Assembly (NCBI GenBank): GCA_025060455.1
Contig: JANXBY010000003.1
Location: 34,719 to 98,718, forward strand
Direction: 5' to 3'
Source of the DNA: Armatimonadota bacterium
GTDB lineage: Bacteria > Sysuimicrobiota > Sysuimicrobiia > Sysuimicrobiales > Sysuimicrobiaceae
Length of the DNA stretch: 64,000 nucleotides
A program made the translations under genes and the position numbers. Of this stretch, positions 27,686-36,284 are shown one piece after another. Numbering within the stretch: the stretch's first letter is position 1; each line of letters starts with the position of its first letter. Below the pieces are notes generated by a model. That model made no database searches. It saw nothing but the letters and a program-made list of their open reading frames with translations, and was not told the DNA's origin.

Positions 27686-29594
27686 ACGGGTGGGCGCCGC
27701 ACGCAGCATCAGGGTGCGGAACCGGGCCGAGTTGAAGCGCCGGGTGGGGGCCCTGTTCACGGTCCTCAGCGACGTGTACGGCCCGGAGCGGCTCATCGTG
27801 AAGGCAGGGAAGCTCGAGGCCCTCACACTCATGCGATCCCCCCGCCTGGCGGATCGGGTGGTGGCCCTGCAGCGGCTGGTGTACGAGGATCCGACCATCC
27901 AGCGGGCCCCCTCCGAGGCGGAGATCCCGAAGGTGTTGTCCGAGATCGAGGAGGAGCTGGCGGACCTAGTGGCGCAGCGCCGGGTGGAGGAGGAGCTGGA
28001 GCGCAAGGTGGCCGAGCGCATGAACCGCCGCCAGGACGACTACCTCCAGGAAATCCGGCTCCAGGTGCTCCGCGAGGCCGCGGGGCCGGAGAACGCCAGC
28101 ACCCGAAAGAAGCTGGAGGAGCTGGAAGCGCTGGAACGAGTCCGGCTGTCCCAGTCCGCCCTGGAGGCCCTGCGCCCCCGACGGCTGAAGGAGGTGGTGG
28201 GTCAAGAGCGCGCCATCCGGGCTCTGCTGGCTAAGCTGGCCACCCCCTACCCTCAGCACGTGATCCTGTACGGGCCGCCCGGGGTGGGTAAGACCACCGT
28301 GGCACGGCTGGCCCTGGAGGAAGCACGGCGGCTTCCGTACACCCCCTTCCCGGAGAACGCGCCCTTCGTGGAGGTGGACGGAAGTACCCTGCGGTGGGAC
28401 CCGCGGGAGGTCACCAACCCCCTCCTGGGGTCTGTGCACGACCCCATCTATCAGGGCTCGCGACGGGACTTCGCGGAAGGGGGCATTCCGGAGCCGAAGC
28501 TGGGGCTGGTCACCCGCGCCCACGGCGGCGTGCTGTTCATCGACGAGATCGGGGAGATGGACCCACTCCTGCAGGCCAAGCTGCTGAAGGTCCTGGAGGA
28601 CAAGCGGGTGACCTTTGAGTCCAGCTACTACGACCCGGACGACCCCCACGTGCCCGCCTACGTGCGCCGCCTGTTTGAGCAGGGCGCGCCCGCGGACTTC
28701 GTGCTGATCGGCGCCACCACCCGGGACCCGGAGGAGATCAGCCCCACCCTACGGTCTCGGTGCGCGGAGGTGTTCTTCGACCCTCTGTCGCAGTCGGACA
28801 TCGAGCGCATCGTGGTGCAGGCGGCGAAGCGGCTGCGCGTCAGCCTGGACCCCAAGGTGCCCGAGCTCATCGCCGCGTACACGGTGGAGGGGCGCAAGGC
28901 CGTGAACCTCCTCGCGGACGCCTACGGGATGGCCCTGTACCGCCGGAAGGGGCGGGGCGGCCGGGTGCGGATCACCCAGGAGGACATGCTGGAGGTCGTG
29001 CGGGTCTCACGTCTGGCGCCGTTTTCCAGCGCCCGGGCCTCGGAAACACCTGAGGTGGGGAAGGTGTTCGGGCTGGGCGTGGCGCACTACCTGGGCTCGG
29101 TGGTGGAGGTGGAGGCCGCGGTGTTCCCCGCCGCGCAGCGGGGCCGCGGCACGGTGCGGTTCAACGAGACCGCGGGCACCATGGCCAAGGACTCGGTGTT
29201 CAACGCCCTGTCGGTGCTGCGCCGGCTGCTGGGGGTCGACCTAGCGAACTACGACGTGCACGTGAACGTGGTGGGCGGCGGGTTGGTGGACGGCCCGAGC
29301 CTGGGGCTGGCCATCACGGCGGCCCTGGCGAGCGCGGTGCAGAACCGGCCGGCGCTGCAGAACGTGGCCCTCACCGGCGAGGTGAGCATCCAGGGCCGGG
29401 TGCGGGGCGTCGGAGGCATTCCGGAGAAGCTGTACGGCGCCCGACAGGCGGGGATGAAGAAGGTGGTGGTCCCACAGGAGAATCAGAACGACCTGCCCTC
29501 CGAGGTGTCGGGCCTGCAGGTTGTCCTGGTGCAGACGGTGGAGGAGGCCCTTCCGCACGTGCTGGTGGCCGCCCGGCGCCGGTCGCGGGCCTGA
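27678..29594 (+). CDS. Lon-family ATP-dependent protease (LonB/LonC-like, no Lon N-domain)
   Basis: AAA+ Walker A ILYGPPGVGKTTVARL, Walker B VLFIDEIGEMD, and a Lon proteolytic domain with the DGPSLGLAI serine motif. Overlaps the rplI stop. Confidence 0.85.
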   Translation: MAERVGAARSIRVRNRAELKRRVGALFTVLSDVYGPERLIVKAGKLEALTLMRSPRLADRVVALQRLVYEDPTIQRAPSEAEIPKVLSEIEEELADLVAQRRVEEELERKVAERMNRRQDDYLQEIRLQVLREAAGPENASTRKKLEELEALERVRLSQSALEALRPRRLKEVVGQERAIRALLAKLATPYPQHVILYGPPGVGKTTVARLALEEARRLPYTPFPENAPFVEVDGSTLRWDPREVTNPLLGSVHDPIYQGSRRDFAEGGIPEPKLGLVTRAHGGVLFIDEIGEMDPLLQAKLLKVLEDKRVTFESSYYDPDDPHVPAYVRRLFEQGAPADFVLIGATTRDPEEISPTLRSRCAEVFFDPLSQSDIERIVVQAAKRLRVSLDPKVPELIAAYTVEGRKAVNLLADAYGMALYRRKGRGGRVRITQEDMLEVVRVSRLAPFSSARASETPEVGKVFGLGVAHYLGSVVEVEAAVFPAAQRGRGTVRFNETAGTMAKDSVFNALSVLRRLLGVDLANYDVHVNVVGGGLVDGPSLGLAITAALASAVQNRPALQNVALTGEVSIQGRVRGVGGIPEKLYGARQAGMKKVVVPQENQNDLPSEVSGLQVVLVQTVEEALPHVLVAARRRSRA

Positions 29595-29600
29595 CGGCGG

Positions 29601-29729
29601 TTACCCACACCGTCCACAATCCAGACTCCCCACAGTTTTTCCACACCCCGTCCCGCGCTCCGGCCCGGCCCTTCCCCAGGTGGTCCCCACGGTCCACGAA
29701 TCCACAGCTTGCTCCCGCTGCGTTCCACA
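29601..29729 (+). promoter_or_regulatory. Cluster of DnaA-box-like motifs (TTATCCACA relatives) upstream of dnaB
   Basis: TTACCCACA (29601), GTCCACAAT (29612), TTTTCCACA (29637), GGTCCACGA (29690), AATCCACAG (29699) and GTTCCACAG (29722), all in the same orientation. This 130-nt stretch has lower GC than its surroundings. Confidence 0.45.
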
Positions 29730-29787
29730 GCCGCGGTGTAGTAGGAGTTCCCCGTCGAGCCGGTAGAAAAGCAGGCGAACGGACGTT

Positions 29788-29796
29788 TGCTACAAT
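29788..29796 (+). promoter_or_regulatory. Extended -10 element TGCTACAAT for dnaB
   Basis: TGnTACAAT lies 12 nt upstream of the dnaB ATG region. RBS GGAGGT lies 5 nt before ATG 29808. Confidence 0.35.
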
Positions 29797-29807
29797 GGAG
29801 GTCGGAC

Positions 29808-32183
29808 ATGGCTGTGGCCGTTGACCGGGTCCCGCCCCAGAGCCTGGAGGCGGAGATGGGCGTCCTGGGATCCATGCTGCTGGACCGGGACGCCATCGCC
29901 ACCGTGGTGGAGCTGCTGCGTCCCGAGGACTTCTACCGGGAGGGGCACCGCCTGGTGTACTCCGCCATCGTGGAGTTGTTCGAACGCGGGGAGCCCGTGG
30001 ATCTGATCACCGTCACCGACCGCCTGCGCGACCTGGGCAAGCTGGAGGAGGCCGGGGGGGCCGCGTATGTGTCCAGCCTCCTCAACGCGGTGCCCACCGC
30101 GGCCAACGCGGAGTACTACGCGCGCATCGTGCTGCAGAAGTCCATGCTGCGGGCCCTGATCCGCGTGGGCACCCAGATCGCCCACATGGGCTTCGAGGGC
30201 GAAGAGGACGTCGAAGTGCTCGTGGACCGCGCAGAGCGGCTGGTGTTTGAGATCGCCAACCGCCGCATGCGGCAGGACTTCCAGCCCCTCCGGGACCTGA
30301 TCCGGGAAACCATGGAGCGGCTGGACAGCCACTACGAGCGGGGCATGATCACGGGCGTGCCCACCGGGTTCGTGGACCTGGACGAGCTCACAGGCGGCCT
30401 GCAGCGGGGCGACCTCGTGATCGTGGCCGCCCGGCCGTCCATGGGTAAGTGCCTGAAGTACGACAGCCTCGTGGTGGATCCCCGCACGGGACTCCTGCGC
30501 ACCATCGAGGAGATGGTGCGGTCCGGCGAGGGCACGGTCCTCACCCTGGACGGCGGCCGGCTGCGGGAGGCCAAGCCCTCCCACTTCGTGGACGACGGGG
30601 TCAAGCCCACCTTCCGGGTCCGCACCGCCCTTGGCCGCGAGGTGGAGGTCACCGCCACCCACCCGTTCCTGACGCCGGAAGGCTGGAAGCCCCTGGCCTC
30701 CCTGAGGCCCGGCCACTTCGTGGCCGTACCCGCGCGCATCCCCGTGTTCGGAACGCTGGACCTGCCGGGCGCAGAGGTGCGGATCATGGCGTACCTGAGC
30801 GCGGGTCGGCTGCCGGCTCAGCCGGAGGTGAGCCGGGACTTCTTGGATGCGGCCTCCGCGGCCGCCGCGGTGCGTGCCTCCCGCGTGCCTGCCCTGGTCG
30901 GCGCCCTCGGGGTGCGGGCGCACGGAGAGGGCCCGCAGCCCCAGGAAGCCGCCGCGGTGGTGGCGGAGTTCCTGCAGGACTACCCGGAGCTGGCGGAGCC
31001 GGACCACCGGCGGCGGCTGCCACCCGCGGCCTTCCAGCTGAACCGGGCCAAGCTGTGCCTGCTGCTGCGGTGCCTGCTCGGCTGCGTGGCCACCGTCCAG
31101 GGCGAACCCGACCGCTGGGGAGCGCCGGATGCGGACGCCTCCCAGGAGTTTTCGATCCGGGCGGAGCTGCCCAACGCCACCATGGCCCGACAGGTGCAGC
31201 ACCTCCTCCTGCGCCTGGGCGTGCTCAGCGCGTGGGACGGCCAGCGGGCGTTGGAGGTGAGGGGCACGAATGCCCTGCAGCTGCTCCGCACCTGTGGCGT
31301 CCTGGGCTGGGAACGGCTCCGGCAGTGGGCGCGCTACGCCCCCGAGCCGCTTTTGCCGGAGCCGGACGTGGTGTGGGACCCCATCGTGTCCGTGGAGTAC
31401 ACGGGCGACCACCCCGTGTACGACCTCACCGTGCCCGACACGCACAACTTCGTGGCCAACGACGTGTGCGTCCACAACACCACCTTCTGCCTGAACATCG
31501 CGCAGCACGCCGCGGTGGAGCACCGGGTGCCCGTGGCCATCTTCTCCCTGGAAACGAGCGCGGAGCAGCTGGTGCAGCGCATGCTGTGCGCTCAGGCGCA
31601 GGTAGACGGCCAGCGCCTGCGCCGCGGGTACCTGTCGGAGGCCGACTGGCGACGCCTCACCCGGGCCATGGGGGCCCTGGTGGAGGCGCCCATCTTCATC
31701 GACGACTCTTCCAACCTGTCCGTGGTGGAGATGCGCGCCAAGTCCCGGAAGCTGAAGGCGGAGCACGGGCTCGGGCTCATCGTGGTGGACTACATCCAGC
31801 TCATCCAGTCCTACAAGCGGACGGAGAACCGTACCCAGGAGCTCAGCGAGATCGCGCGGGCCATCAAGTCCCTGGCCAAAGAGCTGGACGTGCCCATCCT
31901 GGCCGTGTCCCAGCTGTCCCGGGCCGCAGAACAGGGAGGGTCCAAGATCCCCATGCTGAGCCACCTGCGGGAATCCGGGGAGCTGGAGCAGGTCGCAGAC
32001 CTGGTCCTGTTCCTGTACCGGGAGGACTACTACGACCCCGAACGCGCGCGCCGGGAGGGCAAGGAGAACGTGGCCCTGGTGCGGGTGGCCAAGCACCGCA
32101 ACGGCCCGACCGACGACCTCGAGTTGTTCTTCCACAAGGAGACCTCGCGGTTCGCGAACCTGGACACCCGGCACGGCGCCTGA
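29808..32183 (+). CDS. dnaB: Replicative DNA helicase DnaB (DnaC in Bacillus nomenclature), interrupted by an in-frame intein
   Basis: DnaB N-domain (SLEAEMGVLGSMLLD), P-loop split as GDLVIVAARPSMGK | intein | TTFCLNIAQ, then RecA-like motifs (LGLIVVDYIQLI, ILAVSQLSRA). The mature helicase is about 448 aa, and 791 aa with the intein. Confidence 0.9.
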   Translation: MAVAVDRVPPQSLEAEMGVLGSMLLDRDAIATVVELLRPEDFYREGHRLVYSAIVELFERGEPVDLITVTDRLRDLGKLEEAGGAAYVSSLLNAVPTAANAEYYARIVLQKSMLRALIRVGTQIAHMGFEGEEDVEVLVDRAERLVFEIANRRMRQDFQPLRDLIRETMERLDSHYERGMITGVPTGFVDLDELTGGLQRGDLVIVAARPSMGKCLKYDSLVVDPRTGLLRTIEEMVRSGEGTVLTLDGGRLREAKPSHFVDDGVKPTFRVRTALGREVEVTATHPFLTPEGWKPLASLRPGHFVAVPARIPVFGTLDLPGAEVRIMAYLSAGRLPAQPEVSRDFLDAASAAAAVRASRVPALVGALGVRAHGEGPQPQEAAAVVAEFLQDYPELAEPDHRRRLPPAAFQLNRAKLCLLLRCLLGCVATVQGEPDRWGAPDADASQEFSIRAELPNATMARQVQHLLLRLGVLSAWDGQRALEVRGTNALQLLRTCGVLGWERLRQWARYAPEPLLPEPDVVWDPIVSVEYTGDHPVYDLTVPDTHNFVANDVCVHNTTFCLNIAQHAAVEHRVPVAIFSLETSAEQLVQRMLCAQAQVDGQRLRRGYLSEADWRRLTRAMGALVEAPIFIDDSSNLSVVEMRAKSRKLKAEHGLGLIVVDYIQLIQSYKRTENRTQELSEIARAIKSLAKELDVPILAVSQLSRAAEQGGSKIPMLSHLRESGELEQVADLVLFLYREDYYDPERARREGKENVALVRVAKHRNGPTDDLELFFHKETSRFANLDTRHGA
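30450..31478 (+). mobile_element. DnaB intein (343 aa) inserted in the Walker A P-loop between GK and T
   Basis: Begins with Cys (CLKYDSLV) right after GK and ends with HN before the Thr +1 residue. Hint blocks present: TATHPFLT, VYDLTVPDTHNFVAN, VCVHN. The central region has only degenerate LAGLIDADG-like segments. Confidence 0.8.
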
Positions 32184-32242
32184 GCTACCTGCGTCCGGCC
32201 CCGCGTGGTAGAGTGGAGGCAAGTCCAGGTGGAGGGCGCGCC

Positions 32243-32665
32243 ATGGGCATTGGCCGGTGGCTACTGGCGGTAGGGGTGTTCGTGGCGGCTGCCGCGGTGT
32301 GGACCGCGGGATACGCAGCCGGCATCCAGCAAGCCTCGCGAGACGCCGTGCCCGTCGCCGCTCAGCCCGTGCAGGCTCCCCTTCAGGAGCTCATCCCGCT
32401 GCCGGGCCCCGGCCAGCAGTTTCCGGGGGCCCGGCCGCAGCCGGGGCAGGGGGACAAGTGCGAGGCCCGGGTATACCTGTTCTTCAACGGCCGGTTCTAC
32501 GAGATGCGGCCCGGCCCAGGGATCGGGCCTGACGGCCGGCCCATGGGCCCCCAGGAGCTGATCCCGCTGCAGCCCGCGCCCTCGCTACCAGGCCCTGGGT
32601 GGCCCGCTCCTCGCGGCAACCCGTTCGCCCCTCCCACCCCGTTCCCGCCCGGGTCGAGGTCGTAG
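32243..32665 (+). CDS. Small Pro-rich secreted or membrane-anchored hypothetical protein with internal repeat
   Basis: ATG lies 6 nt after GGTGGAGGG. N-terminal signal/TM (MGIGRWLLAVGVFVAAAAVW) followed by two copies of a PQELIPL(P/Q) motif, also repeated at the DNA level. Confidence 0.5.
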   Translation: MGIGRWLLAVGVFVAAAAVWTAGYAAGIQQASRDAVPVAAQPVQAPLQELIPLPGPGQQFPGARPQPGQGDKCEARVYLFFNGRFYEMRPGPGIGPDGRPMGPQELIPLQPAPSLPGPGWPAPRGNPFAPPTPFPPGSRS

Positions 32666-32924
32666 CACACGGGGGAGGGACGGCACACCGAGCTCGTCCC
32701 GTGCCTCTGGTACACGACCCAGGAGGAGGAGGCCGCCCGCTTAAACGCCTCGATCTTCCCCGACTCGCGAGTGGAAGCCGTGCACCATCTGCCCGCCGAC
32801 TCACCCAGTGGCCGCGCTGGCTCCGTGGCCATCCTGCGGTTCACCCTGCCGCCTGCCGGTCCGTGTGAGGCATCTGTCCCCGGCCCTCCCCGTGGGCGGC
32901 CCCCGCCGGGGAGAGGAGCGGAGC

Positions 32925-33932
32925 TCACCGGCCTCGTGCGGTGTCCCGCCCCGCCCCGCGGACCGCCTGCACTGTGGCCTCCACGTTGGCCTCCGGCGTG
33001 TCCACGGGGATCACGCAGCCCGGGGCCACCACGTGGCCCACGCCGCCGGTTTGGGCCAGCGCCTCCCGGGCCTCCTCCGCCACCTGCGCGGGATCCCGGT
33101 CCGCGAAGGTGGCCTCGTCCAGCCCACCGCATAGGCAGCCGGAGTAACGAGCCCGCGCCTCCCGCAGGGACGGGGGCGTCCGTCGGTCGTGCCAGTTCAG
33201 GGCGTGGACCGGGTAGCCTGCCAGAAGGTCGAAGTAGGGCCGGTCACCGTGGGCGTGGAGCAACAGCACCTCTGCGCCCGCCGCAGCTTCCAGCACCCGT
33301 AGGTCGTAGGGCCGCCCAAACACCTCGTACTCCTCCTCCGTGACCGCGGCGGGGCAGGCCATCTGCGTGGCGAAGAACAGCCCGTCGGCACCTGCGCTGA
33401 GACACTCGGCGGCGAAGCGGGCGGTGACCTCGGTGATCACCTCCAGGCCCTGGTGCAACGCTTCGGGCTGCTCCCGGAGGTATCGGACCACCGCCTGGTC
33501 TCCGGACAGGGTCCTGGCCACCGTGAGGGGGCTGAACACCGTCGCGAGGACTGGCACCTCACCCCCCACGGCTTGGCGGATGAGCCGCAACGCCTTCAGC
33601 TCGCGGCCGTACGCCCCCGCGGTAACGTCCAGGCGCCGGAGGCGCGCCCAGTCCGCCGCCTTCTTCACCGGCCGGTCCACGTAGGTGCGCACGCCCTCCC
33701 GGTTCGGACGGTAAGCCGCCCGCAGGCCCCAGTCGTCCCCGTAGTAGCCGCTCGCGGGGGTCACCTTCAGCAGGTCGAACCGGAACCGGCGCCAGAAGGC
33801 CACGTGGGCCTCGGCCATGGTGTCCGCCCGGTGGTCTTCACCCGGAAAGTGGCGCCACAAGGCCACCGGCGGCAGGTCCGCCACTTGTCCCCGCAGCGCC
33901 GCCCGCACCCGGTCCCAGTGCACCACGTCCAT
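32925..33932 (-). CDS. Uroporphyrinogen decarboxylase (URO-D) family protein (MtaA/CmuA-like methyltransferase fold)
   Basis: URO-D fold motifs (MDVVHWDRVRAALRGQVADLPPVALWRHF...). The track ORF carries about 120 aa of spurious N-terminal extension. The ATG at 33932 is immediately preceded by AGGAGG. Confidence 0.6.
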   Translation of the reverse strand: MDVVHWDRVRAALRGQVADLPPVALWRHFPGEDHRADTMAEAHVAFWRRFRFDLLKVTPASGYYGDDWGLRAAYRPNREGVRTYVDRPVKKAADWARLRRLDVTAGAYGRELKALRLIRQAVGGEVPVLATVFSPLTVARTLSGDQAVVRYLREQPEALHQGLEVITEVTARFAAECLSAGADGLFFATQMACPAAVTEEEYEVFGRPYDLRVLEAAAGAEVLLLHAHGDRPYFDLLAGYPVHALNWHDRRTPPSLREARARYSGCLCGGLDEATFADRDPAQVAEEAREALAQTGGVGHVVAPGCVIPVDTPEANVEATVQAVRGAGRDTARGR

Positions 33933-33946
33933 CCTCCTATGGCCGC

Positions 33947-34411
33947 TCAGAGGTCCTTCGCCCGGTACACCATGTACGTACGGTAGCCCGCGCGTTCCCA
34001 GAACGCCTCGGCCTGTGGGTTGCCCACGGCCACCGTGAGTTCCACCCGCCGCACCCCCTGCCGTCGCAGCCACGCCTCGATGCGGTCGAGCATCGCCCGC
34101 CCGATCCCCTGTCCCCGGTAGCCCTCCCGGGTGTACACGTCCTGGATGTAGCCCCGGCGCCGCTGCCGGAAGAAGGCCGGCAACAAGGTGATGCGCCCCA
34201 CCGCAAGGCCCACCAGCTGGCCCTGGCTCTCCGCCACCACCACCAGCACGTCGTCCCGGCCCAGCAGGTGGACCAGGTACTCCTCGTACGCCCGCTGCCA
34301 CGTGCGGCTGAGGGCGAACGCGCCGTCCAGCCGCTCATGCAGCGTGGCCAGCTCTCCCCACAGCTCCACCAGGGCCGGAACATCCCGCGGCTCCGCGGGC
34401 CGGATCTGCAC
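33947..34411 (-). CDS. GNAT family N-acetyltransferase
   Basis: Acetyl-CoA binding motif QGQLVGLAV...RGQGIGRAML. The start is uncertain (GTG 34411, TTG 34417 or GTG 34429). The track ORF is over-extended. Confidence 0.6.
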   Translation of the reverse strand: MQIRPAEPRDVPALVELWGELATLHERLDGAFALSRTWQRAYEEYLVHLLGRDDVLVVVAESQGQLVGLAVGRITLLPAFFRQRRRGYIQDVYTREGYRGQGIGRAMLDRIEAWLRRQGVRRVELTVAVGNPQAEAFWERAGYRTYMVYRAKDL

Positions 34412-34505
34412 CGCCAACGCGCGGGCCACACCGCGCTGATTGAACGCGGGCAGGCCGGAATCCTGCGGGGTGGGAGGAGGGCGCCGCGCGTGGGATACTG
34501 GGAGC

Positions 34506-35420
34506 GTGGGCTGGCCGGAGCGGCTGCGGGCCATCGAGGCGATGACGCGGGAGAGCGCCACGGAGATCGGGGTGGCCGCCGCGGAGGCCCTGGAGCTGTG
34601 GGTGGCGGAGCACGAAGGCCCGGACCCCCGGGCCTTCGTGCAGGCCCTGGACGAGGCGACCCGGCAGCTCACCGACCGCAAGCCGGCCACCGCACCCCTC
34701 CACAACCTCCGGTACCGCATGGTGCAGTTCGCCGCAGAGATGCTGCGCGAGGGAGTGCCCCTGGACCAGATGCGGGAGGAGCTGCGGGACTGGCTGCGCG
34801 GCTACCGGACACACGTGGCGGAGTCCCACGCCCGGATCGCCCACCACGGGGCCGAGGCGCTGGTGGAGTGCGAGGTGATCCTCACCCTCTCGTACAGCCG
34901 GACCGTGTTCGCAGTGCTGGAGGAGCTGTACCAGCACAACCCGGACCTCAGCGTGGTGGTGTTCGAGGCGCGGCCCTACCTGGAGGGACGGCGGATGGCC
35001 GAGGCCCTGGCGCAGCTGGGCGTTTCCGTGACCCTCACGGTGGACGCGGCCATGGCGTACTACATGGACGTGGCCTCCGCGGTGCTCACCGGAGCGGAGG
35101 CGGTGTCCCTGGAGGGTAGCTTCGTGAACAAGGTCGGTACCCGGCCCCTGATGACGTGCGCCCACGCTCACGGGGTGCCCGCCTACGTGGCCACAGAGAC
35201 GGTGAAGATCCTCCCTCCCACCCTGCGGGGCGAGTCGGTGACCACCGTGGTGGGCCGCCCGGAGGACCTGACCGCGGGCTGGACGCCGCCGGAGGGGGTT
35301 GAGGTGTCGTCCATCCTGTACGAGCCCACGCCCGACCGGCTGGTGACCGCGTACATCACCGAAGAAGGGGTGGTCTCCCCGGTGCGGTTGGCCACCCTCA
35401 GCCGTCCCCTCGGCGTGTAG
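34506..35420 (+). CDS. eIF-2B alpha/beta/delta-like (IF-2B family) protein, short form
   Basis: IF-2B family Rossmann-like motifs (VILTLSYSRTVFAVLEEL, AVLTGAEAVSLEGSFVNKVGT). The start is uncertain, between 34440 and 34544. Confidence 0.55.
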   Translation: MGWPERLRAIEAMTRESATEIGVAAAEALELWVAEHEGPDPRAFVQALDEATRQLTDRKPATAPLHNLRYRMVQFAAEMLREGVPLDQMREELRDWLRGYRTHVAESHARIAHHGAEALVECEVILTLSYSRTVFAVLEELYQHNPDLSVVVFEARPYLEGRRMAEALAQLGVSVTLTVDAAMAYYMDVASAVLTGAEAVSLEGSFVNKVGTRPLMTCAHAHGVPAYVATETVKILPPTLRGESVTTVVGRPEDLTAGWTPPEGVEVSSILYEPTPDRLVTAYITEEGVVSPVRLATLSRPLGV

Positions 35421-35469
35421 CCCGCGTGGGACGCCCGCGGAGGCACACCGCGCATGGAGGAGGTGCAGG

Positions 35470-36279
35470 TTGCAGCGCCCGCAGCTATCCATTTACGCGC
35501 AGGTGGCGGTGCGCGCGGTGCGTGAGGCCGCCCAGGTGCTCCTGGACCACTTCCGGCGGCCCCCCGCGCCCGGCGAGGTGCGGTACAAGGGACCCGTGGA
35601 CCCTGTGACGGAGGCCGACCACGCGAGCGAGGCCTGCATCGTGTCCGTACTGCGCGAGGCGTTCCCTGACCACAGCGTCGTGGCGGAGGAAGGCCGTGGT
35701 GCGCGGTTCGAAGGTGCGCCCTGCTGGTACGTGGACCCTCTCGACGGTACCACCAACTTCGCGCACCGCCTCCCGTGGTTCGGCGTGTCCGTGGCCCTGG
35801 CCCAGGGCGAGGAGGTGGAGGTGGGAGTGGTGTGCCACCCCGTGCTGGACGAGTTGTTCGTCGCCGAGCGGGGTGCGGGGGCGTGGCTGCTCTCAGACGG
35901 GCAGGTCCGGCGTCTGCGGGTATCCTCCACCGCCCGGCTGCAGGAGGCCCTGGTGGCCACCGGCACCCCGCCGGACATCGGGATCACGGGGAACAACCTG
36001 CCGCAGATCGTCACCATGCTCAAGCTGGCCGAAGACGTGCGCCAGATGGGGTCTGCGGCCCTGAACCTGTGCTACGTGGCCGCGGGCCGGCTGGACGCCT
36101 TCTGGGAGCCAGACCTGAAGCCGTGGGACGTGGCCGCGGGAGCCCTCATGGTGTTAGAGGCGGGTGGGACGGTCACAGGGATGGACGGGGCGCCGTACAC
36201 CGCGGACACCCGCAACCCGCTGGCCACCAACGGCCTGTTGCACGCTCAGCTGCTCGCCTTGTTCCAGACACGCTCCTGA
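35470..36279 (+). CDS. Inositol monophosphatase family protein
   Basis: IMPase motifs WYVDPLDGTTNFAHRLPWFGVSVAL and WDVAAGALMVLEAGG. TTG start follows GGAGGAGGTG. Confidence 0.8.
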   Translation: MQRPQLSIYAQVAVRAVREAAQVLLDHFRRPPAPGEVRYKGPVDPVTEADHASEACIVSVLREAFPDHSVVAEEGRGARFEGAPCWYVDPLDGTTNFAHRLPWFGVSVALAQGEEVEVGVVCHPVLDELFVAERGAGAWLLSDGQVRRLRVSSTARLQEALVATGTPPDIGITGNNLPQIVTMLKLAEDVRQMGSAALNLCYVAAGRLDAFWEPDLKPWDVAAGALMVLEAGGTVTGMDGAPYTADTRNPLATNGLLHAQLLALFQTRS

Positions 36280-36284
36280 CGGGG

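Noticed and set aside
30800-31300. Active LAGLIDADG homing endonuclease inside the DnaB intein
   Set aside because: The candidate motifs lack the conserved acidic residues and the region is short, so a degenerate domain is more likely.
32666-32924. 259-nt gap between the Pro-rich gene and the URO-D-like gene, checked for small ORFs, sRNA or a riboswitch
   Set aside because: Only a weak GGGACG...CGTCCC hairpin and garbage-like ORFs (32599..32868). No conserved RNA motif was recognised.
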